From: Trichoplax adhaerens
Taxonomy: Eukaryota > Animalia > Placozoa
Reading direction: 5' to 3'
Assembly (NCBI RefSeq): GCF_000150275.1
Contig: NW_002060944.1
Span: 4,158,123 to 4,222,122 of the forward strand
Length of the DNA: 64,000 nt
Positions within the stretch are counted from its first letter, which is position 1. Every line of letters begins with the position of its first letter. The translations under genes and the position numbers were made by a program. The notes below the pieces were generated by a model, which had not been told where the DNA came from, ran no database searches, and saw nothing but the letters and a program-made list of their open reading frames with translations. This document shows positions 1 to 11,716 of this stretch, one piece after another.

Positions 1-1361
1 TATCCTGATGACTGTTTGATCTTTTATGAAGATATACTGCTATGGATATTTCGAGTCATGACAAAAATCACATATGAGGTTTGCCCAACTTATAACTATA
101 TATTTGCGCGAATAAATCATTGAAACAACTCACCTAACTATTTTTAGCAATATTTTGATTTTTTATGACAGAATTAATGACAAGCAGTTTCGTATTTGAA
201 ATGCTTTTCTGTTACAAATGAATTATACATTGGGGTAATTGTGAATTATTGTATTAGCTCAGGAATACTCTCTGATATTGATAAATTTTAAAATTTTAAA
301 TCTACGTATGCAAGGTTGTGTGTACATCAAATCATATATTGCATCAAGTGTTTAAAGTAAAATTAGATTTTTAGGTTGTGCTACGATAATTATAATGCTT
401 TGTACCAAATAGAAATCGAAGCGTTCAGCGACGGTAAAATGAAAATTTTTTCATCGTAGTTTCTGCAGCTAGAATGCAAAACAGATTCTACTTATTTCTT
501 GCTCTTACCTCTACATTTACCTCCAGGATTTTCTTGAAATGCTGCTACTGAACGCTAAATCATCTTCTACGTTAGCTTCTTCATAATACCAATGATTTGG
601 CCCTCTGTTATTCTAATAAAGCTTCTAAATGATAACCTTTTAGTATATATTTACTTCATGATACTCATTCAATCAGTTTCATTCGTGTTCACTAATACTA
701 CAATGCTCTTATAAAAACGTGCAATTGTAATTATTGATAGCAACTAATAAAGATCGCAAGAGCAAAAGTATCAAGTCTCGTACCCGGTGTGTCCTCCTAA
801 GCATCTTAAATATAATTTATAACTTGATAATATTTCGATGGCAAGTCCGTTTCTTATTAAAATATGCCTCTCTGTAGGCTAATTTATAACTTTAGGAAGT
901 ACAATGTAAACCAATTTATAGCAAACCTTAATGAATGCAATTGACATTTATAATTGTATAAAATCGTAGTACCATGTAATTAACTGTATCATTATAGCAG
1001 AAAATGTCAATAAAGTCTAGCACATATCAAGTTCAATTGCTATGCACTTAATAAAATGAATAAACCATTTCATAAAATTTATATTTTAGGATACTACAGG
1101 ACGTTTATGGTGGTATGCTAGGTAATAGCAGTACATTGTAAAGCACAAATATATACTGTCTACGTATAATTATATATAATGAACTACAAAGTGATATTCG
1201 CTTATTTATGGAGAGAAAATCTTTTTCAACGGAGATAAAAAATAAAATAAATGTGGTCACGTTTTAACTTGGAAACCTATTGAATTTTAGCGATTACATT
1301 GTTCTATTAATCTTCGTTGTTACCGTTCAAGTTTTTAAAACTGAACCATTCTTAATAAACT

Positions 1362-1583
1362 ACATGATATAGAGATTTAAATTTTGTTGCGATTACGAAA
1401 AGAGAGAATCTTAAAATATGCTCTATTGTACTACAGTAAGCAAAACATTACTTATGCGATATAATGCAGAGATTCAAATTTTGTTGAAATACAAAAAGAG
1501 ACTCTTGATTAAAATGTGCTCTGCTGCACTACAGTAGCCAATACATTACTTATGCTATATGATACAGAGATTCAAATTTTGTT
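1362..1583. repeat. Degenerate ~97-bp tandem repeat, ~2.2 copies
   Basis: AGAGATT(T/C)AAATTTTGTT recurs at 1371, 1468 and 1566. TGCTCT..TG.ACTACAGTA and ACATTACTTATGC each occur twice at the same spacing. Confidence 0.75.
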
Positions 1584-4224
1584 TATTTGGAGGGTCCATT
1601 ATACTATATTACAATCAAAAATATATTCTGTGTGAAAACATCGAGCTAAAAATTTTTCTTCGACTAGAGGATGTTAGATCAGCCGTTGACAGGTGCTTCA
1701 GAAATTGGAGATCCCTGTTAGATATCGCTGCAGTATGAAGACGATCACAGCTATAATAAATCATCGTAAGCATATTTTAAATTATTAATAACTTTTGTCT
1801 AAACTTCTGACTAAGTTTTTTTCATGGAAAATGATCATTGTTTCATCTAATTTAACTAGAACATAGATACGTTGTCGCGATAAATAGTAAAGCACGGTAC
1901 CTGCAAGTAATATTAAAATAAAAACGGGTCTAAAATAAAAATTACCTGCATCAAATTATTGCTACATGAAGGCAAATAAATCGATTGCCTCTAACATTAG
2001 GTTTAAGCTATACTTTGAGCAATAAAAATCAAATTGTAAATCAAATTGTAACTTTATTCAATCTCATCAACTACCTATGCTATAGCTTTCTGATAGTTGA
2101 GGTACTTTAAAGTGATATTAAAAATTAATGCGCTCTTTTCGCTCATATTGCAAACCGTATACTATAGCTATTTCAGTTATATTTGAAGGTCACATAGACC
2201 GTCGAACACAAATAGCGAGGTATTGACTTTACTTAATGCTGTGATAACTGTTACATGCTAGTAGAAGCTGTTAAATCTTCGAAAAACGATGGAGAATTAA
2301 ATTATCATTTTTTATTAATAGAATATTTTGCTTTAGTTTTAGTCAGCTATAGTCAAAATCCTATGGAATAATTAAATCTTCTTCTGCAATATACTTTACA
2401 AATTTCCTTTCATATCGAATATATTAAAGATCTTGATTCGATTAATGAGTATCATTTCTATTATTTTAATTATCATTTGTTTTTGTTTTTTTGTTTATCG
2501 TCCACTTTCTTCAGATACAATAGTTCAGCTATATGGATAATTTTTCAAATATTTCATTATTGTTTCTTTCCTACCGGTACATTATTAGAAAACCGGATTT
2601 ATTTAATGTTTATCAAGTTGCAAACGTATTTGCATAAATATAAAATAATGGCACATATGAATATCCATTGAAACACTATAAATTATAGGTCTATCTGATT
2701 GTTAATTTCACGATTTATTCACGTACGATAATAATTCGTGTTCTTATCAAATTTAGTAAGAAAATTCATTTCGTGCTTGGAAATAGAAACTTCGATTCAC
2801 ATAGGGACAGCAATATTTAATTGTTTGTTTTGAAATGCTAAAGCAGAATCTTATCAGTTTACTGACTATTAAGAGACACCTCGTCATTTTTGATTTATGT
2901 AAATTCCTTCTGTATTTAATTAATACCGGAATACGATACTGATGATTAAAAACCTGCTAATTTCTTGACGGCATTGTCTACTCGCATTTTTATATACATT
3001 AAGTCTATTAGATAGTAATTCTACGATAAGAATATAATTAAGATTTGATATTATGTAATATAGAATTCCTAATCTGTTTAATTAATAGGGAATAGGATCT
3101 TAAGATCTCAAAGCAAAATCTGCCAATTTATGCATGATTAAAGAGACCCAGCGTCATTTTCTAATTTATGTAAACTCTTCCTGGAAATGATCTAGCATAC
3201 TGCCTAGATAACCGGTAATCTATCTGTCAATTTCTAAATAGCAGATGATCATGACTGATATACTACTGATATACTGTGTAATTTTATGTTTTCTAGATAG
3301 GAATCACACGGTAAAAGAAATCGAAAGTACCAAATTGTCCAATATAGAATTTCTAGATCATTTGACTAATGGATGATATCGAAAGTATCTTGTTTATTTT
3401 TCACAACAGTAAAACAAAAATCCATATTGGACGTCATCAAGTAGCTTTCGTCACGAAAGCTGTCAGAATCCGACTGATGTAAACTTTAATGACAAAACTA
3501 ATTCAAATTTCACATGCGTACGTGTATAATGATGATAACGTAAAATTTAAATTTATTGACTACACCATCATTGTAAATAACTTTGGGCGATATACTGTCT
3601 CCATACGTATTAATAAAAACGAACAATTAGTAGAACTGTGGTAACTAACAGCCGAAGGTTGGCCGATTTCTTTATATTAAGTTGTATTTACATTCATGAT
3701 ACTGAATAAGTCACGTAGTATCTATAATTTATTCTTACAAATCTCTATCCAATGCATGCAAGTAAGTATTGTTCTATTCAACTAATTTTGAATTATCCTA
3801 ATTATCGCTCCGACTTTTGTTGTCTTGCATTTTATATTGTGGTGCTGCATCAATTAATACTCATATTACGTAGCATGTTCTATCTAACCAGTTCATTTTT
3901 TAATAGACTAATTCTTAATCGAGGCCACTGAATGCTTTATTTACCTGTTTATTCATTTTTATCCCGATAAAGGGTTAATATTTACATATATAAATAGTAC
4001 CAAAGTACGCGTAAAAGGATATCATTTCACAATCGTTGTTACACTAATACGTTAATTTACCAATTATTGAGATTCATTTTAATTGATAAACCGACAATTC
4101 TTGGGTTATAGTTAAATCTTTATTACCGACAGTCAATAGCGTGCAAATTTATTCAAAGCCTAACTATCCATCCAACTACAGCACCATTAATGTCTACTTA
4201 GATTACTACTACCAGTCAAAAATA

Positions 4225-5563
4225 ATGAAAATTTGCAACAACGAATCTAAATTTATGAACTGCATCAATGGTAACATTAATAACTCTATATCCAAGAACT
4301 GGATTTTACCAAAACGTAGCATTATTGCCAATGCTTCATTTACTACTTTTATGCTAATTATTACCTTGACTAATATCCAATGCATTTACAAGATTGGTAG
4401 ATCATTACGAAAGTACAAAAGTAATAATTTTTATAGTATGGCTCGTTTATTGATAATTTTGTTAGCCATTGTCAATACATGGTTCTTGATATTAATTTTA
4501 TTGATCGTAGTTCCTAGTCAATTGGCTGGTTTTTGGATTGGTGGCATTTATACCTGTAATATTGTAGGCTCCTTGATCGAGATATGGACAAATTTTGTTA
4601 CATTAATAGCTACTGTAATCAGTTTGGAGAGATATGTAGCTATTAAAAAGCCATTCCGTTATAATTATTTATGTAGTCCATGGAAGATGAAATTGTTGTT
4701 GCTGTTGATATTCATTGCCAGCATTCTTACTGGAATAATATCATTATCCCTAAATAAATTTGCTTTAATTTCTTGCATTCCTATCTGTCAGATCTTTATT
4801 GATCATAGGCATGAGATTAACTCTTTGGAATATATTACATCATGGTTAGATTTGAGTTGTTTTATTCCTTGCAGTGGCATTTTACTTTTAACAACATTAG
4901 CAGTTTTACTGGAATTGAAACGTATGTCAATTCGAGTAAGAAGTATATTCGTTATGCAACCATCCTTATTGCAATCTAGCCGTAGTGGAGATCTTCGACA
5001 AACTGAGAAATTAGCGAGGATTGTTATTATAATAACACTTTGGCATCTGTTATGTTGGATTCCTCAAAGAGTAAGTAAAGTTAGTAAAATAGTATTTCAT
5101 AGAGTAACGAGTATCCATAAAGTTTGTTCTAGTAAGATTAAATGACGATAGGATATTAGAATCGGATGAGAATTTTATATGAAGTGAATATGGACGAAAG
5201 GTTACCATCTATTAGTTATATAGTAATCAATATCTGCCAATCTAAAGGAGAGATATTTAATAGCTCAAGAAGACTTCGATTTCATACATACTTGTTAGCA
5301 TCTGATGATTTAATCATTTAAAAGCTTCAATTTGTTATTACATAGCTAACCTACAATATTATCATTTTTTAAATTATCTTCAGGTATGTTCGTTTATACA
5401 GCGCTTGGGCAACATTGATGACTCGTGTTTTATATTCTATGGTTATATTTCTTTCATAACTAAATTGTTGGACATGCTAGTTGTGCCATTAGCTATATTT
5501 TGGAGTCACCATAGATGGACTGGATACAGATATCGATCAAGAACGGGGAAATCACTGCCGTGA
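4225..5563 (+). CDS. Rhodopsin-class (class A) GPCR, divergent, prostanoid-receptor-like layout; exons 4225-5070 and 5384-5563
   Basis: TM3 cysteine (YTCNIVG), SLERYVAIKKPFRY, and TM6 CWIP are present. Donor AGA|gtaagt at 5070/5071 and acceptor cttcag|GTA at 5383/5384 join in phase 0. Exon 2 adds a hydrophobic TM7 (YGYISFITKLLDMLVVPLAIFW) and TGA at 5561-5563. The first in-frame ATG is 4225; the ORF track starts at a GTG. Confidence 0.85.
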
Positions 5564-6744
5564 GGATCGCTTCAATTCTTGATAAATCACCACGTTGGCT
5601 ATTTCTTACCAGTCAAAATGTTACAAGCACTCATATAAATGTAAAATTGATGAGTAAGGGTATTTCTCGTATACTGTATTTACGACCATAGGGGGTAATC
5701 AACCTCCACGTTCACGAATATTGCCTTATGCCTTAGTTACACTATTGTCCTTCATAACTCCCGCCACATGTACTGTATTTTGATAAAAGTATTTGATTAG
5801 CTTGCAGTAGTGAGTGGAATTTCTGATTATATTATTTAAAAATTGTAATACGTATAGTATTCAAGTAAATTATATATACATATATAAACTGAATTTAAGA
5901 GGCGTCGTATTTGCGACATTTTACATCACTTATGTTATGATTAGACAAATAATTCTAATTTGTATTTATTTGTCGGTAATTTTGGAATCATGTTGAAGAT
6001 ATGTTTACGTCTTCAGACGGGAAAGCTTTTATCCCAGGCAGCAGAAATAAAAATTGAACTGTTCGATTTCCAGGTGTGCATATCGTGCCTCTAGTAGAAT
6101 TGTAACATAAAGTAACAGAGAGTAGAGCTATTGGCAATTTTACAAGTCAGTTGAAAGGCTACTGTTCAAATAGTGCATCTTGTGGAGTTCATGATTGATT
6201 ATGTCAGTGAATAGGTAATTAATTTTTGGGTATTAGAAGCCTTATTTCAACACTATATTTGTAATAAGTGTATATCGATATAGATAATACAAGTGTTCAA
6301 TCTTGGACTGCTAGGCAGTCTAGATGTGCCGTTAATTCGGAGAAATTTGCCGTGTTGTGCAGTACATAACATGTACATATAATAACGGCATTTGGGTTGA
6401 CTGGTCTGCATCTAACATTGAAGATTTTATAGCAACAATACGCACAAAAACTAACCCTGTGATACAAATGAGACTGTATTGATAGACATCCATTTGGTAG
6501 ATAAATGTAAACAGTACAGTATACTATATAACCGTTATTGAGATCAAGGGTACAAGTAAATTTCACGATTCAAACATGGCATTCTTTTCACCAAATCTTT
6601 TTATTATTCTATGTGGACATATTCAGCAACTGGAATTACATCCACATTGCGACTTTGTTCAAACGAAAATTTTTTACAGATCTTTCCAGTATAGTAAAAT
6701 GTAATAAGATAGCACATCAGACAAAATAAAATGCTAATGCATTC

Positions 6745-8127
6745 TTACTCTTTTACAGCATATTTACGTATGGCGTAATGAGCATCGTGCTTTCTTTGTC
6801 TAACTGTTTTCCTAGATGCTTCGAACTTGGTTAACCTTCTTCGCATGGCTCGAGTTTTCTTCGATCTCAAATCTAGTGGTACGAACTTCTTCTTCTGGTA
6901 GAATTTACGCAAATTTTCTCGTTGATTTTCAGAAATTACCGTCTTGATCCTAGCGATAGCTTTTCTAACCGATTGACTAGATAGCAAAAGAACGGAAAAT
7001 TAGCAAGTACTTTAGATTATTACACTGTCAGGATACACCTTCATTTCTAGTCGATTGTAATTTTGGTTGAAGTATAGTATTATATTGTCCTATTTAGCCT
7101 TTTATACACCAGTGCAACACAACGACAAGTATAATGAAAGATATTACGAATAGTCCTTTGACAGTTAATGGGATTCTAGTACAGTAGTATGATCGAATAA
7201 CAACTTCTGATAGGCTATCACTAAGCATCTACTAAAGTACCGTACTGGATATACAGTACTGTCAAAGCTAGCAAACAGCGTGTTATCATTGTAGTTAAGG
7301 TAGTTCAATTCCATCTGTGTAAGAGTAGTGGCAGTAGAAACTATCCTTGCATTGGTTTCGTTTGGTTTTGCTATCTACAAGTTAGGTTAATCCTACCGAA
7401 AGAGCAAGGGATTTCCTACACATCGATTATTAGCTAGAGTGATTCATGCTTGGTTTGATAGACCCAAGTCTAGCAGTAACTACTGTGTTGCAATCGTCTT
7501 ATTACAGGTGCTATTGGAGTAGATTAAGTTATCGAATTGATTGTATAGGCTTACATTTTGGAAACTTTATTAGGGCCGCCGCTAGTTACTTTAGCAACGC
7601 GTAAAGCTTGCAATTCCGTTTTCAGGTCATCGAGCTGTTTGATCAAGTCTTCTTTGCCCTGCCCTCGAAGTTGATGTGCTTTAACTTTAGTGGCCTAAAA
7701 AAGTTAGGAGGGAAAGATTAATCAACATCCACGATCCAAGCATAGAATCCATGCAACCGTTGTCAATGGACATCCTAGAAACTACGAATAGCGTTATGAC
7801 GATTGAAAAATACTAGCGATCGCCATGTTGGAAACTTTTCTCACTGACACAAGGTATTACTCTATTTAGTCATTTCCTATAGAATTGGAAGTACTGCAAG
7901 CACGAAACGAGCATGTAGCGTCCTATTGACAATAGTCCATGTCACTATCCACTATCTTGACTGTACCGAAGAATAATTATGAAAAAAAACCAACTATTTC
8001 ATGATGACTCGATCTCAAATCGGATACATTGGTATTTATTGTTACTGGATAGGAGAAAAAGAGATGAATTGATGCAAAGATGGAGTAAGATTGTGTATAG
8101 ATTGAAGAATTGGAGATGACCTACCAT
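6745..8127 (-). CDS. RPL35: 60S ribosomal protein L35 (uL29); exons 8127-8125 (ATG only), 7694-7555, 6976-6745; 124 aa
   Basis: Spliced translation is [62 protein letters not shown]...[17 protein letters not shown]. All junctions are GT-AG and the total is 375 nt. Confidence 0.96.
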
Positions 8128-8158
8128 GACACCTTGCTCGTTGTGGCTGGAAAGTGTA

Positions 8159-8178
8159 GAAAGAAAGAGAGGAGGAAG
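8159..8178 (-). promoter_or_regulatory. 5' TOP / TCT-type polypyrimidine initiator of RPL35
   Basis: Minus strand reads CTTCCTCCTCTCTTTCTTTC, ending ~30 nt upstream of the ATG-terminated first exon. This is typical of ribosomal protein genes. Confidence 0.75.
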
Positions 8179-8179
8179 T

Positions 8180-9317
8180 GTGCGCAAACTCCTTGTCTAG
8201 CCGAGTTCAGCAGTAGCCAAAGGCTGCGGTACAGTACAGTACAGTAGAACTTTTCCACAGTACACTGTACAGTACAGTACCGTACCTGCACGTGCGCTAA
8301 AGCGATCGGACGAGAGGAAAGTTGCCTACAACTAAACACACTGACAGTGCTGTAATGCTACAGTACCATTTTTTGCGTCCAAGGTACAGTACTGGACAAA
8401 ACTTAGTACTGTACTGTACAGTACAGTACTGTAGTCCCTGCTGTTACATTACTGTATCACCGTAGCTGAGTACCTTACAAGGAATGTCAGTATAGGACAA
8501 AAAGAGATCCTAAAATGCCGTTGCAACCCTTGACCAATAAACGGCTCCTCCTTTTCCAGGCTAGCTATGGACATCAAGTCAGGGTCTTGGTGCGTTATCA
8601 TTTCCTTTAGTATGCCTGTGCGACAAAATATGACCCCAACTCCTTAGCAACTGTACTTTTGCAACTGGAAAAGGAGGAAGAAAAAATCCAGTACAGTACA
8701 GGGTATTACAGTTGATTACAGTGGAGGAAGGAACAGTTCACAGTACAGTACAGTAAAGTACTATAGTCCCTGCTGCAGTAAAAAAGAAAACCTAGGGTAA
8801 AAACAACTTCACTGCAGCATACTGCTGAAACTTCTCTAGCAATGTATACCAAGGGCTAAATTGCACTCTAGGTTCTTGAAAATAATGAATATACAGTACA
8901 CTACTGGACTTCATAATGCACACTTGCATTTGGTAGTACAGTAGTAGCAGCGACTACTGAGCGAGAGAGAGAAGTCCACGGCCGTAGTCCCTTCCATTGT
9001 CTGTCCATCGACAGACACTGGACGACATCTTCATACTGCTACGTGGAGACGTATCAGACAGACAGACGCTCCGATGTTACAGTCTACAGTACTGTAGGAT
9101 ACAGTAGATTTCTCCAATGTCTCTACAAGATTGATACAGCCTCTTGTCTACAGTACACTGACCGATCCACGTCGACGACGACTATAGAAAGCAGTCAAAA
9201 CGGTCATAAAAAAAGGAAATGTATTGTTGGACAGAAGTCGTCAGAACTCCGACCAGTTTCGTTGTCAGCAAGGAGTAGAAACTTGGACTTGAATCAATCT
9301 AGAAAGGCCGGGACATA
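8180..9317. promoter_or_regulatory. Divergent (head-to-head) RPL35/SELENOF promoter region rich in TACAG/TACTG arrays
   Basis: Lies between the 5' ends of two oppositely oriented genes and is GC-richer than its flanks. Arrays are at ~8229-8282, 8385-8432, 8690-8762 and 9076-9157. Confidence 0.7.
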
Positions 9318-11529
9318 ATGGCGGTCCCACAAACGATGGCCTTTCCATCATCATTTCTGATGGTTACTTTATTAATAAGTTGGTTGGCATGTACTCTTGC
9401 TAGCCATTCACCTGAATTTTGCCGTGGTATGGGATTTTCACCCAATTTATTATGTAATTCTTGTAGTGATTTAAAACAATTTCAGCTTGATCCACTGGTC
9501 AATGACTGCCAGCAATGTTGTACTTCAGAACAGAATAAGGAAGATTCCATTCACAAGGTTTGTACCAATTCAAGTAGCTTAATTTCCTAAACGATATTAA
9601 TCTACCATTGGCTTAGTAAAAATCAATTCAATGATATTGATGTGTCAAATGAAAGTTGCAGTAATAAACTGTCCTGTGGATGTGGAATACAATCCAAACC
9701 AATACTGTGCATCACTGGTCTACATCCAGTATACTCTTCAATCTGCAGTGGACAATATTAGCCATGATGTTGATTGAAATCTTACCACATTGTTCGATCT
9801 TCAACGGATCTATCAAATTTTTTAATATTGATTTCAGCAATTGAAAATAGCATAGCTTGACTCGGTACTGTAGGTTTTTGTTGTAATAACTGCAATCGTT
9901 TTATGAAATGAGGAATCGGTCCGTCAAGTTCAGTCAATCTATTTCCAAATGATGTTGAGATTATCTTTTCTTTCATTCTTTATACTGTATATAAAAATAG
10001 TACACTCGAGCTATACTGGAAGTCTGCAGCTGAAAATTGCCACGGTATCCTCACCTTGAAAGTAAGATTCAAATACAAAAACAATGCTTAAAATTATCAG
10101 AGTGATCACTGAATTTATACAGTTCTCTTATTTAGGCCACGCTAGACAGTAGTTCATTAATTTTACTTACTGCATTTGCATCGGCTAAAGTACTTGACAG
10201 CTTCTATCAGTGGCTCTATAATATAATCTACTGTATTTATCATTATCCATTGAATGAAATCGATAGGGTTGATGTAAACTATAAAGACAGCAATTGTTAT
10301 GTTAAAAGTTATTTAGTATATATTACGGTAAACTTTCATATTTTGCTCCATTATACAATCAAATAGTGTGATACTAAAACTTTGAATTGATAGTGACAAT
10401 ACTGTACTGTAGCTACGCACGAGTACTCTTCAAGTGTGTATTGCTAATCGAGTATCGTGGTATCTGTCCTTTGCATCTCTTGCTCAGGCTGGTATTATTA
10501 TACTTAAAAGATTGAAATCTTTCAAAGTCGATGCAATGGATGATTGTAATTCGATACGATCTGCACGTAGACCTCTAGCCTACACTGTGTTAATACTGCT
10601 TGTATTCAATTACAGCTTTCATAAAGAGCGGCAAATATCGCAACTATCCCAAGTTGACTATAAAGGTACATAATTAAAAATTATATTCTATAATTTGGAA
10701 TTCCATATTTGCAATCCTAGTAATCATATAGCTACTAAATGGTGTACATGCAATCTATTTACAGTTTAAAGATTGACACTGTCGATTACTAGTTCAGTTT
10801 ACAGTGTTATAATAATAACCGACTACAAGAATGCAATATTTCTTTCCGTTCACATTTTTATATCGGAATTAGTCGGTACTTCTCGGTTATGTAATTAATA
10901 CATGTTTGAATACTATACTTACCGTATTGGTAATACGGTATTAACAATAAGGTTTCAAAGGTGCATATTAATTCATTACCATTGTTGTATTCTGTCGTAC
11001 TAGTATATGCGTGGTCAAGAACCCATCTTGAAGCTTATAAATGAAAGTAACGAGGTTGAGGATACCTTAAGGTACGGGTACTCTCTATATGTAATCTCTA
11101 ATGTATTTAGACGTGGCTTACTTCTAATGTCTCATCAAATGAACTCGCAAAATTGGGATAATTTTAATTGGAACATAAGATTGTACTCTTACTGTACAAT
11201 GAATGTACATGTCATAGCGCAACAAGAGTAGTCAATTATAGTCTTTGAATGGAATACAGTGTTTGATAACTACACGTATTCTTGGGTATTCATATTTAAA
11301 ATGGCCAGAAGCTGTTTTCTTTGCAGCTGATCATAAAACTGTTATGTGCAAAATAAGCCATTCGTGATTACCAGTATCTGTAGTGGTATGCACGTCTATT
11401 GTTATCAGTGACTACGCTTTATTTTGCAATCGTTACAACATTTGATAATTTATATTTTATATTATATTTTACAGTATCGAGAAATGGAAGACCGAGAATG
11501 TTGAAGAATACCTGCAACAAATTCTATAA
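9318..11529 (+). CDS. SELENOF: Selenoprotein F (Sep15); exons 9318-9557, 10001-10061, 10616-10665, 11004-11071, 11475-11529; 157 aa with Sec at TGA 10031-10033
   Basis: Signal peptide, then the Cys-rich domain CRGMGFSPNLLCNSC..CQQCC, then AILEVCS-U-KLPRYPHL, YMRGQEPILKL and IEKWKTENVEEYL. All junctions are GT-AG with consistent phases (474 nt), and there is a SECIS downstream. Confidence 0.96.
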
Positions 11530-11624
11530 CTAGTAAAGAATTTAAATAATTTACATGTTGTCGATTGTAGTTTAGACATTATGTAATTACTGGTGCAGAT
11601 TAGCTAAGAATTGTACTGTTAGCT

Positions 11625-11716
11625 CTCATTTGGAGTCAGAATTTATGACGGCATTGTTGGAAATCTTATGATCTACATTGCTTGATGGTGTATATCCTCT
11701 GACTCTGATTGATGAG
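11625..11716 (+). promoter_or_regulatory. SECIS element in SELENOF 3'UTR
   Basis: Helix I GAGTCAGA (11633-11640) pairs with TCTGACTC (11698-11705). Core ATGA at 11645-11648, apical AAA at 11661-11663, 3' core GA at 11684-11685. Helix II is GGCATTGT/ACATTGCT with one mismatch. Confidence 0.9.

Noticed and set aside
400-615. Possible minus-strand exons of a gene running off the left edge, and a 9-bp inverted repeat AGCGTTCAG/CTGAACGCT
   Set aside because: The open segments are short, the implied intron is only ~52 nt, and the peptide is unrecognisable.
2860-3375. Degenerate ~270-bp spaced direct repeats upstream of the GPCR
   Set aside because: Similarity is patchy in AT-rich sequence; likely an old local duplication, and boundaries cannot be defined.
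7824-7826. Alternative RPL35 start ATG with good context
   Set aside because: It is not followed by a GT donor. ATG|gtaggt at 8127 with the TOP tract fits the conserved gene structure.
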